DNA from: Vulcanimicrobiota bacterium | GTDB taxonomy: Bacteria > Vulcanimicrobiota > Vulcanimicrobiia > Vulcanimicrobiales > Vulcanimicrobiaceae | Length of the DNA stretch: 64,000 nucleotides | Direction of reading: 5' to 3' | Assembly: GCA_963736775.1 (NCBI GenBank) | Contig: CAVTPY010000012.1 | Location: forward strand, 1,904 to 65,903 | Part shown: piece after piece, positions 28,627 to 37,691 of the stretch | Layout: every line of letters begins with the position of its first letter | How positions within the stretch are numbered: position 1 is the stretch's first letter | Translations under genes and position numbers: made by a program | Notes under the pieces: generated by a model | What the model was told of the DNA's origin: nothing | Seen by the model: the letters and a program-made list of their open reading frames with translations, nothing else | Database searches by the model: none

Positions 28627-30933
28627 ATGAAACTATCGGCGCATTTGCCCTGTAGCAACCTTCTAAGGCGCCAGGAATTGCACTATCTAATTCGCTTTGG
28701 CCTTGGTATCGCATTTGCGTTCGTGCTGACCTGCGTGCCGGTGCGGGCTGCCGTGACGGGAAGCTTCTCGTTCACCGTGGCACGCGCGCCTCACCCCTTG
28801 GCTCTCGACGCGGCCCTGGCCGATCCCGCGTGGGCGGCGGGCAAGGTGCCCAACGGGGACGGGCCGTGGGAGAACGTGACGACTCGCGCGCCCGCCAAGT
28901 TTGCGACGACGGCCTATCTCTTGTACGACGACAAGAATCTCTACGTCGGATTCAAAAGCGAGCAAGCCGGAGTTCCGATCGTCGCGACGCAGACGACGAA
29001 CGACGTGGGCTTCGGTACGGACGATTTCGTCGGCATCGGGCTACTCAACGGGGGCGGTGGAAGCCAAGCCTATTATTTTGAAGCGACGCCTCGCGGCACG
29101 CGCTACGAGCAGGCCAATGAAAACGTGCGCTTTCGCCCGCGCTGGAGCGCCGCCGGAAAAGTCTCCGACGGAGCGTGGAGCGCCATTATGATTATTCCGC
29201 TCGACGTCTTGCGCGTGCCGCGCGGCGGCAAGCAAACGTGGCGGCTGCAGTTCGTTCGCCAGATCGCGGCACCGGGCGAGCACCTTTCGTGGGTCTGGAA
29301 CCCGATCATGGGGGATGCTGGGAGCGGAACCTGGCCGACCTTCCAAAACGATACGCGCTTTTGGGCCGGCGGGGACTTCGACATCGCGGCATCGGCCGCG
29401 GCTCGGCCGAAGCCGCGTGCCGATATCTATGGCCTTGCCAGCATTGGCGAGGATCGCAACCTCTTTCAGCAAGCCAACGGCGAGTTTTTACCGGAGAACG
29501 TGCGCTCGTTCGGCGGTGACGTCAGCTACCCGATCACGCCAACGGTCCGTTTCGTTGGAACGCTCAATCCGGACTTTTCCAATGTCGAGATCGATCAGCA
29601 GACGATCGCGCCGCAAGAGTTCGAGCGGCAGCTTCTCGAGTATCGGCCGTTCTTCGCACAGGGCGCGGCTTTCATCAATGCCAACTCCGGACCGCGCTCG
29701 CCCAGCGGCACGAACGTGAACGCCCCCGATCTCGTGTTCTACTCGCCGTCGGTCGGGCCGTTCGATAGCGGCGGCAAGGTCGAGGGAACGTTCGGCGACC
29801 AAAGCTTCGGCGTTCTGACCTTCCACGGATTCGACGAAACGACGAGCAACACGTTTAGCGATCAGGCGTACGGTTACGAGCATGCGCTGCCGAACGGCTC
29901 GTTCATCTACTGGAGCGACGGCGTCTTTGCTAACCACAGCATCGCCGGCACCGACGACACGATCGAGGCCGGCGCCGAAGCGCGCGATTATTCAAACGGG
30001 ATGATCTACTACTTCGACCATTCGTTCGAAGACGGCACGTGGGTACCTCAGGGCAACGCCGACTTTACCGAGCTCTTTGTGGACCGTCACAAAGGGCCTT
30101 TCGAGGCAAACGTCGGCTACCTCGACGTCTCGCCCAACTACAACCCCATCGACGGCTACACCCCGAACTCCGACATTCGCGGGCCGCAATTCTACACGAA
30201 CTATACCGGAACGGCCCCGGGCATCAAAAACTACACGATCTTTTTTGCCACGGATCGCTTTCTCGACGACTCAGGGGCAGTGCATCAGGCCGACACTCAA
30301 TTCTTTCTTAACGCCACCTTCAAGAATCTCTTCTCACTCGACGGTGTAGGCGAGGAGGTCGGGCAACTTCGCTCTTACAACATTCCCGCGGGCCCCGGCT
30401 GCAGCGGACCAGTCCAGTATCAGTCGAGCTTCACCGGCTATCCGTGCTACCTCGACGGCGTGACGCAGCCGTTCAATCTCTACCAGGTTCCCGTCGGCTA
30501 TCGCGACGGGACGCCATCGCCCTTCGATGCCAGCTATCAGTGGGGACCGTTCGGCGACGACTACGTGCATCTGTTTACGCTCGTCACGAGCCGCCCGGTC
30601 GGGAAGCGCTTCAGCCTCGGCTTGGAGTATGACGGAACCTACGAGCGCGCATTCACCGACGGCGTGCTCGATTCACAGTGGTTGCGGCGCATTTCGCTGG
30701 GTTACAACATCAGCAACGAGAGCAGTTTTAGCTTGGAACTGCGCGATATCAACGGCCTAGGCGGTTTTGCAACCTCCTACCAAATCGGCAACAACCTCGC
30801 GGTGGCGTACCACCAGCGATTTCCCGAAGGCGACGAGCTCTACGTAAACTTCGGAAGCCCGGCCTCGGGCGCAACGCTCAACCGTTTAATCGTCAAGTTC
30901 GTTCTTCACGAAGGCGCCGACGAGGGGACGTAA
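28627..30933 (+). CDS. CBM9-like / DUF5916-like outer-membrane protein
   Basis: 768 aa. N-terminal DPAWAAGKVP...YLLYDDKNLYVGF...DDFVGIGL pattern, then a long beta-rich C-terminal region ending in an aromatic-rich strand region. Family call made from memory. Confidence 0.55.
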   Translation: MKLSAHLPCSNLLRRQELHYLIRFGLGIAFAFVLTCVPVRAAVTGSFSFTVARAPHPLALDAALADPAWAAGKVPNGDGPWENVTTRAPAKFATTAYLLYDDKNLYVGFKSEQAGVPIVATQTTNDVGFGTDDFVGIGLLNGGGGSQAYYFEATPRGTRYEQANENVRFRPRWSAAGKVSDGAWSAIMIIPLDVLRVPRGGKQTWRLQFVRQIAAPGEHLSWVWNPIMGDAGSGTWPTFQNDTRFWAGGDFDIAASAAARPKPRADIYGLASIGEDRNLFQQANGEFLPENVRSFGGDVSYPITPTVRFVGTLNPDFSNVEIDQQTIAPQEFERQLLEYRPFFAQGAAFINANSGPRSPSGTNVNAPDLVFYSPSVGPFDSGGKVEGTFGDQSFGVLTFHGFDETTSNTFSDQAYGYEHALPNGSFIYWSDGVFANHSIAGTDDTIEAGAEARDYSNGMIYYFDHSFEDGTWVPQGNADFTELFVDRHKGPFEANVGYLDVSPNYNPIDGYTPNSDIRGPQFYTNYTGTAPGIKNYTIFFATDRFLDDSGAVHQADTQFFLNATFKNLFSLDGVGEEVGQLRSYNIPAGPGCSGPVQYQSSFTGYPCYLDGVTQPFNLYQVPVGYRDGTPSPFDASYQWGPFGDDYVHLFTLVTSRPVGKRFSLGLEYDGTYERAFTDGVLDSQWLRRISLGYNISNESSFSLELRDINGLGGFATSYQIGNNLAVAYHQRFPEGDELYVNFGSPASGATLNRLIVKFVLHEGADEGT

Positions 30934-31190
30934 TGGCGTTGGCGGCGTTCGCGCGCCTTCGCGGCCTCCACCTCGCGGTCGCGCGGCGGCGCCTGCGTGA
31001 CCAGCGAGTCGAGCAGCTCGCGCGCCACGCCGGTTACCCGATCGACCGCGCGCTCGAAGGCCGCCTCATTTGCCTTCGACGGGTGGTGCAACCCGCTCAG
31101 CTTTCGAACAAACTGCAGCGCCGAAGCGCCGATCTCTTCATCCGTTGCCGGCGGCGCGAAGTTGTACAAGGTCTTGATGTTACGGCACAT
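30906..31190 (-). CDS. DUF2277 family protein
   Basis: MCRNIKTLYNFAPPATDEEIGASALQFVRKLSG is the conserved DUF2277 N-terminus. Confidence 0.75.
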   Translation of the reverse strand: MCRNIKTLYNFAPPATDEEIGASALQFVRKLSGLHHPSKANEAAFERAVDRVTGVARELLDSLVTQAPPRDREVEAAKARERRQRHYVPSSAPS

Positions 31191-31204
31191 GAACTCTCCG
31201 GTGC

Positions 31205-31615
31205 TTGACGTTTAAGGTTATTTCCCTCGATCACATCGTTCTCAACGTGTCCGACGTCGACCGGTCGCTCGCCTTTTACGTGGACGGCCTGGGGCTCGAG
31301 CCGGTTCGACTCGGTGAATATCGTCGCGGCGACGTGAAGTTCCCGTCCGTACGCGTCGACGCGGGCACGCTCATCGACCTCTTTTCGCCGGAGATGCGAT
31401 CCGGCACCGCACCACCGAACGCCTCGAACCTCAATCATTTTTGTCTGGTCGTCGAAGGCGGCATTGACGAGATCCTCGCACGCGCGCGCGCGATGAACGC
31501 GACGGTCGACGAAGGCCCAATCGAAGTCTTCGGAGCGCGTGGAAACGGGAGGTCGATCTACATCTCGGATCCGGACCACAACAAAATCGAACTCAGAAGC
31601 TATGCGTTGGAGTAA
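31205..31615 (+). CDS. VOC/glyoxalase-bleomycin-resistance family protein
   Basis: LDHIVLNVSDVDRSLAFYVDGLGLE...NHFCLVV...SIYISDPDHNKIEL. Confidence 0.8.
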   Translation: MTFKVISLDHIVLNVSDVDRSLAFYVDGLGLEPVRLGEYRRGDVKFPSVRVDAGTLIDLFSPEMRSGTAPPNASNLNHFCLVVEGGIDEILARARAMNATVDEGPIEVFGARGNGRSIYISDPDHNKIELRSYALE

Positions 31616-32810
31616 CGTCGCGGCGGGTTTCGCGCTCGTCCTGGCATTTCTCGCCTACGGTTGCGCGGCCGAGAGTGCGGGCAGTTCGGCAAAATGCAGC
31701 TCGGAGGTGTCGCCCCTTATGCAGACGCGACTCGTCACGGCAGAGAACGATCTCGGCTTCACGCTCCTGCATGCCTCGACCGGAAAGAACGTTTTCATCT
31801 CACCTCTTAGCATCGCGCAAGCGCTCGGCGTCGCCTATCTGGGCGCGCGTGGCGCGACGGCTAAGGCGTTCATCGAGAGTTCCGTCGTCCCGGCGGGCGA
31901 TCCGTCGGACTTTGCTTGCGCGTCGCAAGACTTGCGAACCGGCCTGCCCCAGGCGGACGCCGGCGCCGCGCTCGAGTTTGCAAACGCCTTTTGGGTTCGC
32001 CAAGGCGTCTCGCTCAAGCAATCGTTCGTCGACCAGGCGCAGGCGGCGTTTGGCGCCGACGTCACGCCGCTAGACTTCAACAGCCCCGACGCGGCCCGCA
32101 CGATCAACGCATGGGTGAGCCGGCGGACGCACGGCCACATTCCCACGATCGTCAACAGCGTAGCCGGTGCCGAAGCGCTCATTACCAATGCGGTCTACTT
32201 TAAAGCCCTGTGGGAACAGGCGTTTTTGGCTTCCCAAACGCACACCGGCCGCTTCTTGGGCACGGCCGGTACGACGAGCGTCCCCTTCATGAGTCAAACC
32301 ACGACGCTCTCGTACTATGCGGGTCCAGAATTTCAGCTCGTGCGGCTCGGCTATCGCGGAGGTCGCTTCGCAATGTACGTCGTGCTTCCGAAGCAGGGCA
32401 CCGGTTTAGCAATGGAGAGCGCACTTCCACGCGCCTTTGCAACGGCACGCGCGAACGCGACGCAGCGGCGCGTGAACCTGCGCCTTCCGAAGCTGCATCT
32501 TTCGTATGAAGCCGACCTCATTTCGCCACTACGGGATGCCGGGTTGGGGATTGCATTTTCGGATCGTGCCGATTTTGGCGGAATCAGCGATCGACCGCTG
32601 CGAATCAGCAGCGTCATTCACAAGACCACGCTTGACGTTGACGAAGCGGGAACGACCGCCACTGCCGCGACGGCAGTCGTGATGCCGATGAGCGTACAAT
32701 TCGGCGGCACTCCCATCGTCGTAAACGTAGATCATCCGTTCTTCTGCATCATTCGGGACGATCGGAGCGGCGCGGTGCTCTTCCTTGGGGCGATTAGCGA
32801 TGTCCTATGA
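31602..32810 (+). CDS. serpin-family protease inhibitor, lipoprotein
   Basis: Start at MRWSNVAAGFALVLAFLAYGC (lipobox). NVFISPLSIAQAL, INAWVSRRTHGHI, NAVYFKALWE, DEAGTTATAATAV (hinge), VDHPFFCIIRD. Confidence 0.85.
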   Translation: MRWSNVAAGFALVLAFLAYGCAAESAGSSAKCSSEVSPLMQTRLVTAENDLGFTLLHASTGKNVFISPLSIAQALGVAYLGARGATAKAFIESSVVPAGDPSDFACASQDLRTGLPQADAGAALEFANAFWVRQGVSLKQSFVDQAQAAFGADVTPLDFNSPDAARTINAWVSRRTHGHIPTIVNSVAGAEALITNAVYFKALWEQAFLASQTHTGRFLGTAGTTSVPFMSQTTTLSYYAGPEFQLVRLGYRGGRFAMYVVLPKQGTGLAMESALPRAFATARANATQRRVNLRLPKLHLSYEADLISPLRDAGLGIAFSDRADFGGISDRPLRISSVIHKTTLDVDEAGTTATAATAVVMPMSVQFGGTPIVVNVDHPFFCIIRDDRSGAVLFLGAISDVL

Positions 32811-33908
32811 GGAGCGATAGATCGTAGCGTGCCCGGCGAGAATGCGCGCTTGCTGCGCGGGATCGACTTCCAGTGACCAGTCGCCGCGGTCAAACGTACC
32901 GCCAAGCACGATGCCGTCGTTACGCGGAAACATGTACAGCCCATTGGCCAGATAGATGTAATCTACGTCGGCCTGCGGTTCGAGTACCGTGAGCTGCCCG
33001 CGCACCGGAACGAGCTCGTCGTCGTTGCAGAGGACGCGCGCGCCGAGGCCCGTGCAGTTGAAAACGACCTGCTCCTCCAGGTCGTGCATCTGACGTAGCG
33101 TCGCGAACGTTCGCACTTCGATCTTGCCGCCGCGCAGGAGAAAATCGCGCATGACGGCCGGGAGGTACGTATTTGGCTCGATGAGCATCGTCGTGAACCG
33201 CCGGACTAGCGGGACGGCGAACGGCGTGGTGGCGGGGTCGATCGTTTCGATGTCTTCGTAGAGATCCTCGATGCCGGCCGAAACGGCGTAGTCGAGTTCG
33301 TCGCGTTCCGTGGCCGCATGCTTGAGGGCGTAGTTGTCGATCCAGAGTACGCCGTAAGTGGGGCCCGCCATTAACTGAAAAGCGCGGTTGGCGATCCGGG
33401 CTGCACGCCGAAAGGTTTCGAGAAACTCGCTGGTAGCGTCTTGGGATGCAAAGACGACGGTGGGCGTCCACTGAGCGCCCGCGATGTTGGACGTCGTGTT
33501 CGGCGGGACGCTCGACGCATAGATCGTCACCTCCCATCCGCGGTCCTGAAGAACGCGAGCGGTGGAAAGTCCGATCACGCCGCAGCCAATTACGGCGGCG
33601 CGGCCGGGGGAGCGCGCAGCCAGCAAATCGGCGGCGAGCGTCGCGCAACCCCACGACAGGCTAAATCCGCCGCCGCCATGCCCGTAGTTGTGAACGATGC
33701 TCTTACTGCCAAAGGCCTCCGCGCGCAGCACGAATCCGTGGCGGCGAAAGGGCCGGAGCCCGACGACCGTACGGATGACACGCGCGGCGTTTACGTTAAC
33801 GCGAGCGAGTGGCGGGGCCGGACGAACCTGCGCGTAGGCCCGCAGCGGCAGCACAGCCATCGCCCCGATCGTCGACGAGATAAAGCGGTTACGCGAGATT
33901 GCCGGCAT
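32805..33908 (-). CDS. FAD-dependent oxidoreductase (D-amino-acid-oxidase-like) with a Tat-like signal
   Basis: SRNRFISSTIGAMAVLPLRAYA leader, AAVIGCGVIGLSTA dinucleotide fold, HNYGHGGGGFSLSWG. Confidence 0.75.
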   Translation of the reverse strand: MPAISRNRFISSTIGAMAVLPLRAYAQVRPAPPLARVNVNAARVIRTVVGLRPFRRHGFVLRAEAFGSKSIVHNYGHGGGGFSLSWGCATLAADLLAARSPGRAAVIGCGVIGLSTARVLQDRGWEVTIYASSVPPNTTSNIAGAQWTPTVVFASQDATSEFLETFRRAARIANRAFQLMAGPTYGVLWIDNYALKHAATERDELDYAVSAGIEDLYEDIETIDPATTPFAVPLVRRFTTMLIEPNTYLPAVMRDFLLRGGKIEVRTFATLRQMHDLEEQVVFNCTGLGARVLCNDDELVPVRGQLTVLEPQADVDYIYLANGLYMFPRNDGIVLGGTFDRGDWSLEVDPAQQARILAGHATIYRSS

Positions 33909-33922
33909 GACTCAGACGGCCT

Positions 33923-35062
33923 TCAGTGGCGTTCCGCGAGCAAGTCGCCCGACTCCATATGCAAAACCGCATCGCGCCAGCGGACCGCCCGTCCGGTGAG
34001 CCCCCAAGCCCATACGGCAATCCCGAAGAGATCACATGGCAAGATGAGCCACGCAGGAGCGGGTGCGACGCGAAGCGCGCGCCCAGACACGTGGTGCAAG
34101 GCGACGCGCGCGATTGCCGCAACGAAAAGCGCCACTGCGCTTTCCAGCTGCGGCGCGAGTAGGAACGCGAGCAGTGCAAGCGGCACCGGATACGTGAGGA
34201 ACATACCGGCGTAACCGAGTGGTTGCACTCCCCGAATCGTCCGATGCCAGCGCAACTCGTGGTTCCAGAGCGCCGCGAGGCTCGAGTCCGACACGATTGT
34301 TCGCACGACGTAACGCGAGATCACGACTCGCAAACCTTGGGCCGCAACGAAATTTCCGAGCATGAAGTCGTCGGCAAGATGGGGCGCGAGCGCCTCGAAG
34401 CCGCCGACGGCGGCGAGGACCTCAGCGCGTATCGCATTCGTAGGGCCGAGGCAGTGTCGCGTCGCTCCGAAGAGTCGATTGACGAGCACCGACGGGATAA
34501 ACTGCTCGTTCATAAACATCGCACCGAGTTCCGACGAAGGCGTGCCATCCGGAACGCCGGCAAAAGGACAGGTTACGACGCCGACGCCCGGTTCATGCAA
34601 TGGTGCGGTGACCGCGCGGATGTACGTGGGTGTGACCCGTGTGTCGCTGTCGGCTAGGATCAAAAGCTTGTGGCGCACGAGCCGCATCATCGAGAGCACG
34701 TTTGCGATCTTGGGGTTACGTGCCCCGGCTACTTCACCGACGTCGATCTCAATGTTCCGATCGGGGAGCGCCGCCACCACACGCTGCGCAACGGCTAGCG
34801 CAAGATCGTCGGCACGGGCGACGCCGAGAACCACCTGATAAACGGGGTAGTCCTGCAAGGCAAACGCACGCAAGTTCTGCTCGAGGTCGCGTTCCAGGCC
34901 ATGCAGCGGCACGAGCAAACTGACCGGTGGCATGTCGTCGGCGTTACGGGGCTCGGGTTCGCTTCCGAAGCGCGCAACACATACGATTGCGACGGTCGCA
35001 TAACCGATCGCCGCGATCGTGGCGACGTCAAGCGTCGCCGCGAGGAGACGTACGAAAGTCAC
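33923..35062 (-). CDS. family-21 glycosyltransferase (ceramide glucosyltransferase / HpnI-like)
   Basis: PPVSLLVPLHGLERDLEQNLRAFALQDYP..., ARNPKIANVLSMM..., LADSDTRV, QELRWHRT-like NHELRWHRTIR. The GTG at 35062 is preferred because the maximal ORF (to 35197) would overlap the divergent gene. Start uncertain. Confidence 0.7.
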   Translation of the reverse strand: MTFVRLLAATLDVATIAAIGYATVAIVCVARFGSEPEPRNADDMPPVSLLVPLHGLERDLEQNLRAFALQDYPVYQVVLGVARADDLALAVAQRVVAALPDRNIEIDVGEVAGARNPKIANVLSMMRLVRHKLLILADSDTRVTPTYIRAVTAPLHEPGVGVVTCPFAGVPDGTPSSELGAMFMNEQFIPSVLVNRLFGATRHCLGPTNAIRAEVLAAVGGFEALAPHLADDFMLGNFVAAQGLRVVISRYVVRTIVSDSSLAALWNHELRWHRTIRGVQPLGYAGMFLTYPVPLALLAFLLAPQLESAVALFVAAIARVALHHVSGRALRVAPAPAWLILPCDLFGIAVWAWGLTGRAVRWRDAVLHMESGDLLAERH

Positions 35063-35168
35063 TTGGCGCTGTTCGCTAACCTTAGGAGGCTGCCTTGCTT
35101 TTGTATACAAGGAAAGCACGGAATGAGCGAAGGCTATCGCCGGCAGTTCGCCGGCGCCGGGTGCCCCG

Positions 35169-36371
35169 ATGAAGCCTAACTGGCTGATGATCGCCACGAC
35201 CTACGTCACGCGCCAGGCGTACCTTAAGTTCGCGATCCGCGTTCGGCAGTGGGGCCATTTGCCGGCGAAGCGCGGGGCGGCGGTGCTGATTACCAATCAT
35301 CAGCACATCGACGAAGGGGAAATGATTACTGCGCGCACGTTCCTTCTGCACCCGTGGAAGCCGCTGACCATGTGCAACTCCCGCCGCACGTACGAAACGG
35401 GATTCATCGCGACGGTGTGGCCCCGGAGCGTGCGGCTCACGCGCGGCCTGAATCTGAGCTGGCTTTGGGACTGCCTCAGCATTCTGCCGATTGAGAACCA
35501 CCTCTTCTCACGGCCGCTCATCAGCCTAGCAGAGGAGCTACGCGCCGCACACGGCGATTTGGCGCTCGATGCGATCTTGCCGGCCGAAACGCTCGCTCCA
35601 TTAGAATTGGACGGCTGCGTACTGAGCGACCTCTGGAAACTCGCCAACTTCACGCCCGCCCATGCTTGGGTCAAAGTGGCGCAACTGAAGCAGCCTTACC
35701 GGCGCGAAGTGCTCGAAAACCTCCGCAGGGTGACGAAACGCGATATCGCGGCCATCGTGGAACGGGTGCGGGCCGGCGCGACCTTCTACATCACGCCGGA
35801 AGGCGACTTCAGTCGCGATGGCCGCATGCATCCGATGCGTAGCGGAATCATCGACGCCCTCTCGCCTTTTGCCGACCTCTGGCTCTGCGCGGTCGCCTAC
35901 GATCCTTTCCGAGGCCGACGGCTCTCGATGCTCTATCGCGTCGTTCCATACGCCGGCGTCGCCGATATCGGAACGTCGCTAGCTGCGGCGCGGCCGATCA
36001 CGACCTCGGCGCTCTTGGCGGCGTTTTTGCTCGATGCCCCGGAAACGTTCGCGGTCGCGGACGCGGTGCGTGCGGTGCGCGAGCGCCTCGACTCACTGCC
36101 AGGTAACGTATTCGTCGATCCCGAGCTGCGTCGTGCTCCGGACGCTGCGGTCGTGAATGCATTTGCGGCGCTGCAAAAGCGCGGCACCCTGACTACCGAG
36201 GGCGAACGCTACTTCCTCACCACACACCGAAGCGATCCGCGGTTCCCGCACGTGCCCGACATGATTACATTCCAACGCAACATGCTCGACGAGACGCTGG
36301 CGTCAGCCCGGCGGCTCGCCGAGGCTACCGGGTCGATCGCCTGTCGCAGCGTAGGGAACGACGAATGCTAG
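35169..36371 (+). CDS. putative lysophospholipid/glycerol-phosphate acyltransferase-like protein
   Basis: LITNHQHIDEGE (imperfect HX4D-like block) and FYITPEGDFSRDG (PEG block). The remainder is not recognised. Confidence 0.45.
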   Translation: MKPNWLMIATTYVTRQAYLKFAIRVRQWGHLPAKRGAAVLITNHQHIDEGEMITARTFLLHPWKPLTMCNSRRTYETGFIATVWPRSVRLTRGLNLSWLWDCLSILPIENHLFSRPLISLAEELRAAHGDLALDAILPAETLAPLELDGCVLSDLWKLANFTPAHAWVKVAQLKQPYRREVLENLRRVTKRDIAAIVERVRAGATFYITPEGDFSRDGRMHPMRSGIIDALSPFADLWLCAVAYDPFRGRRLSMLYRVVPYAGVADIGTSLAAARPITTSALLAAFLLDAPETFAVADAVRAVRERLDSLPGNVFVDPELRRAPDAAVVNAFAALQKRGTLTTEGERYFLTTHRSDPRFPHVPDMITFQRNMLDETLASARRLAEATGSIACRSVGNDEC

Positions 36372-36387
36372 ATCAGCGGGTCTTTCA

Positions 36388-37431
36388 TTAGCGCAAGACA
36401 TTCGTGATTGAGACGGCGCCGATCGGCAGGTCAAAGCTTCCCGAGAGGGTCGCGATGGGCGAACCGCCAGCCGGGTACGCGAACACCGTGGCATTCTCGG
36501 CTCCGGCATCCGGGCAGTACACGAGTTTCTTGGCGATCCACGTCTGCACGCAGTCGGACGTTCCGTTGAGCGCAACGGTGCCCTCGAGCTTCGCGGAGTC
36601 GTTCGAGATGGTGTACTGATAGATCGCGTGAGCTTCCTGGTCGTTCAGCGTGACGTAATTGCCGTCCCACTGCATGCCGCCCGGAAACGAGATCGTGTTG
36701 GGCAGCGTGACTGCCTTGAAGCTCGACTTACCTGAGGCCATTTCAACAACGCCATAGGTGTCGCTCTCGGTGACACCATCGACGAAGAGGTCGCCTTTAT
36801 TGTCGTAGGTGGGGAAGTACGAGGAGCTGAGGCCATCGGCTACGGTCGTGCCGGTGCCCTTGGTGTCCGTGAAGATCACGACGTCGCCGGCGCCCAGGAT
36901 TGTCACGGCCATGTCGTCAGTTTTCGCATCGATAGTGCAGCTGGCCGGCTCGCCCGTCGATTCGCTGAGGGTCACGATCGGGCTGCTGCCGCGATAAGCG
37001 AACTCTTCGATCTCATCCGCTGCTGAAGCGACTACCCAGAAAGCCTTCTTGCGATTCTGGGCGCATTCGCCTTGAGAACCCGACACGCCGGGAATCGTTG
37101 CGGTCGATACGTCACCCTTCGGAAAGTCGAACTGCAGAACAACGCCACTATAGAAGTTCGAGATGTACTCTTTGGGGTTCTTCTTCCTGTTGTCCGGCAC
37201 GATCGGGACTTGGATGGGCTTCACCGCAGGAAGCATTGCCGATGCGACGAGCAGGCCGCCAACTTTGAGCGGTTGCAGGTGACCAGAACGAACGGCGTTC
37301 TGCGTTCCCGTCAAGGGGCGCAGCGCCGAGGTACCGCCGCTGCTGCAACCTGCGAGCAGAGCGGCGGCCACGCTTACGCCGGCGGCGTACTCGGCCAAAT
37401 TAGAGATCCGCATTATGGAAGTCTGCTCCAT
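36388..37431 (-). CDS. hypothetical lipoprotein (paralogous to the N-terminal domain of the 53228-56065 protein)
   Basis: Lipobox LLAGCSS. Shared motifs with the other protein: Y(I/V)SN, EIxE(F/Y)AxGGxxPIxTL, TYDNxG(D/N)LF, QWDGxY, (F/Y)xYPxGG. The start may be 37413. Confidence 0.6.
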   Translation of the reverse strand: MEQTSIMRISNLAEYAAGVSVAAALLAGCSSGGTSALRPLTGTQNAVRSGHLQPLKVGGLLVASAMLPAVKPIQVPIVPDNRKKNPKEYISNFYSGVVLQFDFPKGDVSTATIPGVSGSQGECAQNRKKAFWVVASAADEIEEFAYRGSSPIVTLSESTGEPASCTIDAKTDDMAVTILGAGDVVIFTDTKGTGTTVADGLSSSYFPTYDNKGDLFVDGVTESDTYGVVEMASGKSSFKAVTLPNTISFPGGMQWDGNYVTLNDQEAHAIYQYTISNDSAKLEGTVALNGTSDCVQTWIAKKLVYCPDAGAENATVFAYPAGGSPIATLSGSFDLPIGAVSITNVLR

Positions 37432-37691
37432 TCTTTCATGAAAGTACGTATGAGGCGATCGGACTCTCCGGGAAGCCTGGCTGGCGACCTCCGTGGCGAG
37501 CAGATCAACCGGCTGTTCCGAGTTGTTCCAGATCGCGAACCATTTTACAGTGGCCTAGTAGGATTAGAAGTTTCTGCCGTTCGCCCTCGCTCGTCGTTAA
37601 CCGCTCCCGCTGGTTGCGATTCGTGCGTGGACCCTTAGGTCAGTGGCCCCATCTCGTTGTCGTCCCACTTCGGTGAAGGTTCGTCGCGGCG

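Noticed and set aside
31051-31085. 8-bp inverted repeat TCGAAGGC...GCCTTCGA inside the DUF2277 gene, as a possible fourth copy of the dispersed element.
   Set aside because: It lacks the CCTGAGC half of the motif. A short GC-rich palindrome is plausible by chance in coding sequence.
37432-37691. 260-nt intergenic region inspected for a small RNA (SRP RNA or 6S-like) or small ORF.
   Set aside because: No conserved RNA motif or convincing hairpin/terminator was recognised, and no ORF with a start and an SD was found.
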